A DNA stretch of 64,000 bases from NCBI GenBank assembly GCA_964621305.1, contig CAZUOM010000001.1:10390-74389 (forward strand), in the 5' to 3' direction. The translations under genes were made by a program, and so were the position numbers. This DNA is from an uncultured Gammaproteobacteria bacterium (GTDB taxonomy: Bacteria > Patescibacteriota > Microgenomatia > UBA10105 > UBA927). Position 1 is the stretch's first letter. The number at the start of each line of letters is the position of its first letter. The notes beneath the pieces were generated by a model. It saw only the letters and a program-made list of their open reading frames with translations. It was not told the origin of the DNA and did not search any database. Of this stretch, positions 59,138 through 64,000 are shown piece after piece.

Positions 59138-60424
59138 TTATTCTTTATTATACCGTACCCGCCAGAGGCCGTAACCGACCAGAACCAGACCTAACAGAAA
59201 AATCACTTTTCCCACGCCAACGACGTCAGCCAAAACCCCCCCCACTAGAACCGGTAGCATACCAATGCCGCCAACCACGGCGGTCAGTAGTCCGTAGACA
59301 TGACCACGCATGTCCCCTTCTGATTCGTTCTGCAGGGTTGCGTTTGCAGGAACATCTAAGAGGCTATTGGCAAATCCGAGACTGAAAAATAACCCAAGAA
59401 TCAGCGCAAAAAACAGGAAACTGCCGCCACCGTCGGAAAAAATCGCCATATGCTTAAACCGAGCCGTCATTGCAATGATCAGTAGTATCATACCAGCACC
59501 GATAACACCCCGTCGAATAAGTTTTTTCGTCCCAAGTTTATAACCTGTACTGCCAACCCAAAAGGCTCCAACGATAATACCTAATACTGCCGGTCCAACA
59601 AGAAATACGGATGCATCATGAACGTCTACTTCGAGCAGTCGATCCGCAAATGCAGGACCCAAAGTAGCCAATATGGCAAGCGTTACCTGCGTACCCATAA
59701 GGAGAAGTAATGCATCTAGGAGTTTGCCTTTTGTTTTGACGTATTCTAGTCCTTTCTCCATCGACTGAAGCACTTTGGTCATCAAATTGAGAATCGAATA
59801 TCTGCCCAAAACCGAGGCAACCGATCGCTTCCCCTCCTCCTTGGGAATTTGCCAGACAGCCGCCGCCGCGGCAAAAAACATCATGCATAGAAAAAGGAAA
59901 ACGCCGGACGAGCCAAAAAATCGCAACGTAGGACCGGCCAACAACGAACCGATGGCCAAGGCGCTATAAAACGTAAAAGAAAAAATGCTATTTGCCGTCA
60001 CCAAATCCTTTTTCCCAACCAACCGCGGGATCGTGGGTGCTTCTGACGGAGTCGAAAACTGGGTAATAAGCGCATAAAGAAATGCAACAGCATAAACAAG
60101 AGCAACATTGCCAAAAGCGAAAAGGAACAGTACAGCAAGAACCGCACGCAAAATATGGGCCGCAATAAGAATTGTCCGTTTATCAAAATGGTCAACGATT
60201 GCGCCTGCAGAAAGTGCAAACAATAACGCCGGCACGCCAAACGTCAGGTACAACGCGGATACCGCAGTACTTGACCCAGTCATCTGATAGATTCGAAGCG
60301 CCAGCACAAACATAGTTGTCGTAACGGCGAGGTTGCTTAAAGTCTGTCCAATCCAGAGGCTACGAAACGCCGGAATAGATAAAACGTAGGTCACAGAAAC
60401 TTTACTTGATTCTTGGAGGCTCAT
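59138..60424 (-). CDS. MFS transporter
   Basis: 12 TM helices with MFS-like loop motifs. Confidence 0.7.
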   Translation of the reverse strand: MSLQESSKVSVTYVLSIPAFRSLWIGQTLSNLAVTTTMFVLALRIYQMTGSSTAVSALYLTFGVPALLFALSAGAIVDHFDKRTILIAAHILRAVLAVLFLFAFGNVALVYAVAFLYALITQFSTPSEAPTIPRLVGKKDLVTANSIFSFTFYSALAIGSLLAGPTLRFFGSSGVFLFLCMMFFAAAAAVWQIPKEEGKRSVASVLGRYSILNLMTKVLQSMEKGLEYVKTKGKLLDALLLLMGTQVTLAILATLGPAFADRLLEVDVHDASVFLVGPAVLGIIVGAFWVGSTGYKLGTKKLIRRGVIGAGMILLIIAMTARFKHMAIFSDGGGSFLFFALILGLFFSLGFANSLLDVPANATLQNESEGDMRGHVYGLLTAVVGGIGMLPVLVGGVLADVVGVGKVIFLLGLVLVGYGLWRVRYNKE

Positions 60425-60440
60425 ATTCTACAATTTTCTT

Positions 60441-60914
60441 ATGACCGCAACGGCCCATGCGCTCGTGGCAGCCGCAATTGCAACCAAATTTACCGATCCG
60501 GCCACGGCTGGAACATTAGCGTTTATATCTCATTATATGATGGACAGCATCCCGCATTGGGACATCGGTACTAACTGGCGTGATAGATCAAAGGCAATCA
60601 CAGGGATTGCCGCCATCGTTGATACGTTCATAGCCATAACCCTAGCATATTTTCTCTTTTCAGGAAATGCCTCACTGCAGACACTGTTCGTAGCGCTTGC
60701 AGCATCGCTGGTTCCGGATTGGATCGAGACGCCATGGTACATCCTCTACGCCCATCAAAAAAAACATGAACCGAAGAAAAATGCCGCATGGTTCGAAAAA
60801 TGTTGCTATACTATTTATAAAATACCCAATCTATTTCATGCCAAAGCACCATTTCACCTCGGCCTCCTCACGCAAATTGCCACCGTACTCTTTTTTCTTA
60901 TTTTGCTGAAATGA
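60441..60914 (+). CDS. Membrane protein (157 aa), hypothetical
   Basis: 4 TM helices. No motif. Confidence 0.35.
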   Translation: MTATAHALVAAAIATKFTDPATAGTLAFISHYMMDSIPHWDIGTNWRDRSKAITGIAAIVDTFIAITLAYFLFSGNASLQTLFVALAASLVPDWIETPWYILYAHQKKHEPKKNAAWFEKCCYTIYKIPNLFHAKAPFHLGLLTQIATVLFFLILLK

Positions 60915-62424
60915 TTTTCGAAAGATAGTAGAGAAGAAGTCTCACTCCATATCCTGTGCCACCGCGCGGATTAAGCGATGTGTCCTTTTCCACAAACGCT
61001 GGTCCGGCGACATCAAGATGCGCCCAGGGCGTTCCCTCTGGTACAAAATCCTGCAAAAAGAGCGCTCCGGTAATAGCGCCCGCAGATCGACCGCCCCCAA
61101 TATTCTGAATATCGGCAATCGTACTTTTGAGGAGCTCATGGTATTCCTTTACCAATGGAAGTCTCCATAATCGTTCCCCACTAATTTTCCCTGCTTCTTC
61201 AATTTTTTCAGCAAGATCGTCGGAGTTGGCAAAAAGACCTGCATAATCGTCGCCCAAAGCAACTACACAGGCGCCGGTCAAAGTCGCTATGTCAACGATG
61301 ATATCTGGTTTTATTTTCGCTACTGCAAAGGAGAGCGCATCGGCAAGAACCACACGTCCTTCGGCATCGGTATTAAGCACTTCAATCGTCTTTCCGTTCA
61401 TAGCGCGGACAATGTCGCCCGGCTTGACCGCTTTTGATCCAGGCATATTTTCTGTCGACGAAATCAGTCCCACCACCCGGCATGTTAGTTTCAGTGCTGG
61501 GAGAGCGGAAAATATTCCAAGAATGGCTGCGGACCCGGCCATATCCAGCTTCATCGTCTCCATATTTTTGGCATCTTTTAAAGATAGACCACCAGTATCA
61601 AAGGTAATACCTTTGCCCACGAGGGCAACCGTTTTTCTCCCGCCGCCGTCGTAGACGAGCTTAATAAATCGGGGCTCTTCGTCGCTACCGCGGGCGATAC
61701 CCAGAAGCGCACCCATACCAAGGGCTCGCATCTCTTTTTTGCCTAAAACCTCACAGGATATCCGCGCATCGCCCTTAGCAAGAGATTTAGCTACACCCCC
61801 AAGGTAACTGGGAGTAGTCAGAGACGGAGGCTCATTAACCAGGTCTCTTGCAAAAACAACTGCCTCACTGACGACTTCCCCGCGTGAAATCCCTGACTGA
61901 GTTGCATCAAGCCGACTCGGTGTAACGAGGAGGTGAACCTCATCAATAACTTTCTCTTTCTTCTGAACTTCAGCGCTTTTGTGCTTATTAAATACGTACG
62001 TGCCCAGCGTCATTCCCTCAACGAGTCCTTGAGCAGCGGAGGCCGCGGTAAACTGACTCACCAATTCATCAGAAACGGCAACAGCGACTCGCTTGGATGC
62101 TACCTTTTTTGCAGACCTTCCGATCGTTGCTGCAATCGTTTGAAGATCAAACATAGTCATCTCAGCCGGTTTCCCAAGCCCAACCAGAAGCACTCGTTTC
62201 GCCTGAATCTTTCCGTGAGAGTGAATAAGAAGCGTATTTGCCTGCTTTGCCTCAAAATCCTCCGTCGTCGCCACCTCCGTGAGCATTCCCCCAAGCGCAG
62301 CATCAATTTTTTTTGCCTCCAGTGACCACACGATCTCTTTTTCCTTCTTCCCTATCCCCAAAAACACTGCAACCAAATCAGCCTCGGCCTTTGTTACTTC
62401 AATAGATTTTGTATGAAAAATCAT
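60898..62424 (-). CDS. pepA: Leucyl aminopeptidase (M17)
   Basis: NTDAEGRVVLADAL M17 signature plus metal-binding residues. Confidence 0.85.
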   Translation of the reverse strand: MIFHTKSIEVTKAEADLVAVFLGIGKKEKEIVWSLEAKKIDAALGGMLTEVATTEDFEAKQANTLLIHSHGKIQAKRVLLVGLGKPAEMTMFDLQTIAATIGRSAKKVASKRVAVAVSDELVSQFTAASAAQGLVEGMTLGTYVFNKHKSAEVQKKEKVIDEVHLLVTPSRLDATQSGISRGEVVSEAVVFARDLVNEPPSLTTPSYLGGVAKSLAKGDARISCEVLGKKEMRALGMGALLGIARGSDEEPRFIKLVYDGGGRKTVALVGKGITFDTGGLSLKDAKNMETMKLDMAGSAAILGIFSALPALKLTCRVVGLISSTENMPGSKAVKPGDIVRAMNGKTIEVLNTDAEGRVVLADALSFAVAKIKPDIIVDIATLTGACVVALGDDYAGLFANSDDLAEKIEEAGKISGERLWRLPLVKEYHELLKSTIADIQNIGGGRSAGAITGALFLQDFVPEGTPWAHLDVAGPAFVEKDTSLNPRGGTGYGVRLLLYYLSKIISAK

Positions 62425-62475
62425 GGTGTCCCTTTCTGTACCACGAAACTCAGATCATACGAGCCAAAAACTTTG

Positions 62476-62561
62476 TGCCGCGGGTCGGAGTCGAACCGAC
62501 ACGAACTTTTCAGCCCATGAGTTTTTGAGACTCACCTGTATACCAATTTCAGCACCGCGGC
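62476..62561 (-). tRNA. tRNA-Leu (anticodon CAA), type II with long variable arm; CCA not encoded
   Basis: Reverse complement folds: acceptor GCCGCGG/CCGCGGC, anticodon stem GTGAGT? TGAGT/ACTCA with loop CTCAAAA, long variable arm, T-arm GTCGG-TTCGACT-CCGAC. Confidence 0.8.
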
Positions 62562-62646
62562 GCAAACTAAAACCAAAGCATACCACAGCACCAAATCCAA
62601 ATCCACTCGGCTGCGCTGATCAAGAAAACGACTCCAGCTACCAGCT

Positions 62647-63993
62647 TTACGCCTGAAGGGTCTGCTCGGCGCGCTTTTTCTCGACGGAGTAGAAGCGGAT
62701 TCGGTCGCCGCGAAACATAAGATCGATTTCAGCTAGCGGGCCGTTGCGGTGCTTGGAAATCCGCAGTTTCGTAGGTATGTGCTCTCCCCAAGCAGTCATA
62801 TCCTGATCCTCGCGGTAGAGAAACATCACGACATCGGCATCCTGTTCGATGGAGCCGGACTCCCGAAGGTCTGAAAGCTCCGGAATCTTTGATCCGCGCG
62901 CCTCAACAGCCCGTGATAGCTGCGAGCATGCCAGAACCGGAACACGTAATTCCCGGGCAAGATTTTTCAAGCCTTGAGAAATAATCGAAACCTCTTGAAC
63001 TCGATTGTCAAAACGCCGGCCGGAGTCAACCAGCTGGAGGTAGTCAACGATTATGAGCTTGACGCCGTGCTCAACCTGCAGACGACGCGCTTTTGTGCGC
63101 ATTTCAATAATATTGATTCCAGGCGTATCATCGATAAACATGGGAGCTTCGGCAAGCTCTCCCATAGCCTGAGAAAGCCTAGTGAAGTCGTCATCGGAAA
63201 GTTTGCCGGTCTTCAGTCGCCAGGCGTCAATATCTGCCTGACCTACGAGTAGACGGTCGACGAGCTCTTCCTTGCTCATCTCGAGAGAGAAAATCCCGAC
63301 GGGAATTTTGTCGTGGACGGCAACATACTGGGCGATATTAATGACCATGGCTGTTTTCCCTGTTCCGGGGCGCGCAGCAAGAATCAGTAGATTGGCATCT
63401 TGCATGCCAGCGAGTTTGCCATCCAGATCAACAAATCCTGTTGCTACCCCTCGTAAACCGCCGGCCCGCTTATGGAGCTCGTCGAGCCGGTCGAAAGAAG
63501 CAGCCAGTGCATCTTTGATTGGAATAAAGTCACGCCGGGTCGCTACTTGCGACAGCGCAAAAATTTCTTGCTCAGCTCGATCTACTATTTCTCTAGCGCT
63601 ACCTTCTTCATTTAAGGCCATCTCAGAAATTTTTGCCGCAGCCACGATCAAACTTCGCTTGATGGCGTGCTCCATGATGATACGTCCATACTGTTCAGCA
63701 TGGGCACTTGTGGGGACCACGTTGAGGAGATCATGGATATACGAAGTGCCGCCGACCTCTTTGAGTCCCCCGTTTTTCTTGAGCTGTGCGGTAACCGTAA
63801 GCACGTCAATGGGTTCATGCCCTTCGTACAGTTCCATCATTGCACCAAAAATAGCGGCATTGGCGTCCATATAAAAATGATGCGGACGCAGAAATTCCAC
63901 TACATCGACCATGGCGTCTTTATCTATAAGAACGGCACCCAAAACCGATTGCTCGGCGACTGTATCGTGCGGCACAGCTCTGTGATCAGCCAT
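62647..63993 (-). CDS. dnaB: Replicative DNA helicase DnaB
   Basis: N-terminal DnaB domain (SVLGAVLID). RecA-like domain with Walker A GTGKTA-type loop and IIVDYLQL. Confidence 0.9.
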   Translation of the reverse strand: MADHRAVPHDTVAEQSVLGAVLIDKDAMVDVVEFLRPHHFYMDANAAIFGAMMELYEGHEPIDVLTVTAQLKKNGGLKEVGGTSYIHDLLNVVPTSAHAEQYGRIIMEHAIKRSLIVAAAKISEMALNEEGSAREIVDRAEQEIFALSQVATRRDFIPIKDALAASFDRLDELHKRAGGLRGVATGFVDLDGKLAGMQDANLLILAARPGTGKTAMVINIAQYVAVHDKIPVGIFSLEMSKEELVDRLLVGQADIDAWRLKTGKLSDDDFTRLSQAMGELAEAPMFIDDTPGINIIEMRTKARRLQVEHGVKLIIVDYLQLVDSGRRFDNRVQEVSIISQGLKNLARELRVPVLACSQLSRAVEARGSKIPELSDLRESGSIEQDADVVMFLYREDQDMTAWGEHIPTKLRISKHRNGPLAEIDLMFRGDRIRFYSVEKKRAEQTLQA

Positions 63994-64000
63994 AATTGCT

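Overview
This 64 kb window looks like it comes from a compact, gene-dense bacterial genome, possibly a CPR/Patescibacteria-like or other small-genome lineage. That guess rests only on gene content and should not be over-read. Calls below rest on my reading of the translated ORFs and on raw sequence motifs; nothing was searched or computed. Most of the window is conserved housekeeping. The main blocks are:

- a trigger factor 3' end, tRNA-Val, and the thrS-infC-rpmI-rplT-pheS-pheT cluster, followed by a HicB/HicA pair;
- a class A PBP, an NYN-domain protein, tyrS, recG, and rpmF-nusB-rnc-rpsP-KH-trmD;
- a long minus-strand type IV pilus locus, pilB-pilT-pilC-pilin ... pilD, several pilin-like genes, then pilM-pilN-pilO, with two large GT-C-like membrane proteins embedded in it (YfhO-like and DUF2723+TPR);
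- holB, then gyrB, an H+-pyrophosphatase and gyrA;
- a mosaic accessory islet downstream of gyrA: a minimal nucleotidyltransferase (MNT)/HEPN-domain toxin (HepT) toxin-antitoxin pair, a retropepsin-like protease, a truncated bcp remnant, a Fic protein, a VIT transporter and a frameshifted EamA transporter;
- folD, small ORFs plus a standalone C39-like peptidase, ddl, xerC/D, and an ~850 bp ORF-free region that may encode RNase P RNA;
- an LCP protein, a Kef/TrkA antiporter, rluA, dksA-like, lgt, an MFS transporter, pepA, tRNA-Leu and dnaB.

The most unusual observations are these:

- PheS carries an N-terminal AlaX/tRNA_SAD-like editing-type domain whose second zinc motif is degenerate.
- The pilus locus has glycosyltransferase-like proteins translationally coupled to a pilin gene.
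- Several insertions are flanked by duplicated gene termini (gyrA 3' end, gyrB 3' end, folD 5' end, bcp 5' end), which points to a recurrent insertion process at gene boundaries.
- Heptamer tandem repeats are expanded inside essential genes.
- A (CT)10 tract frameshifts a transporter gene.
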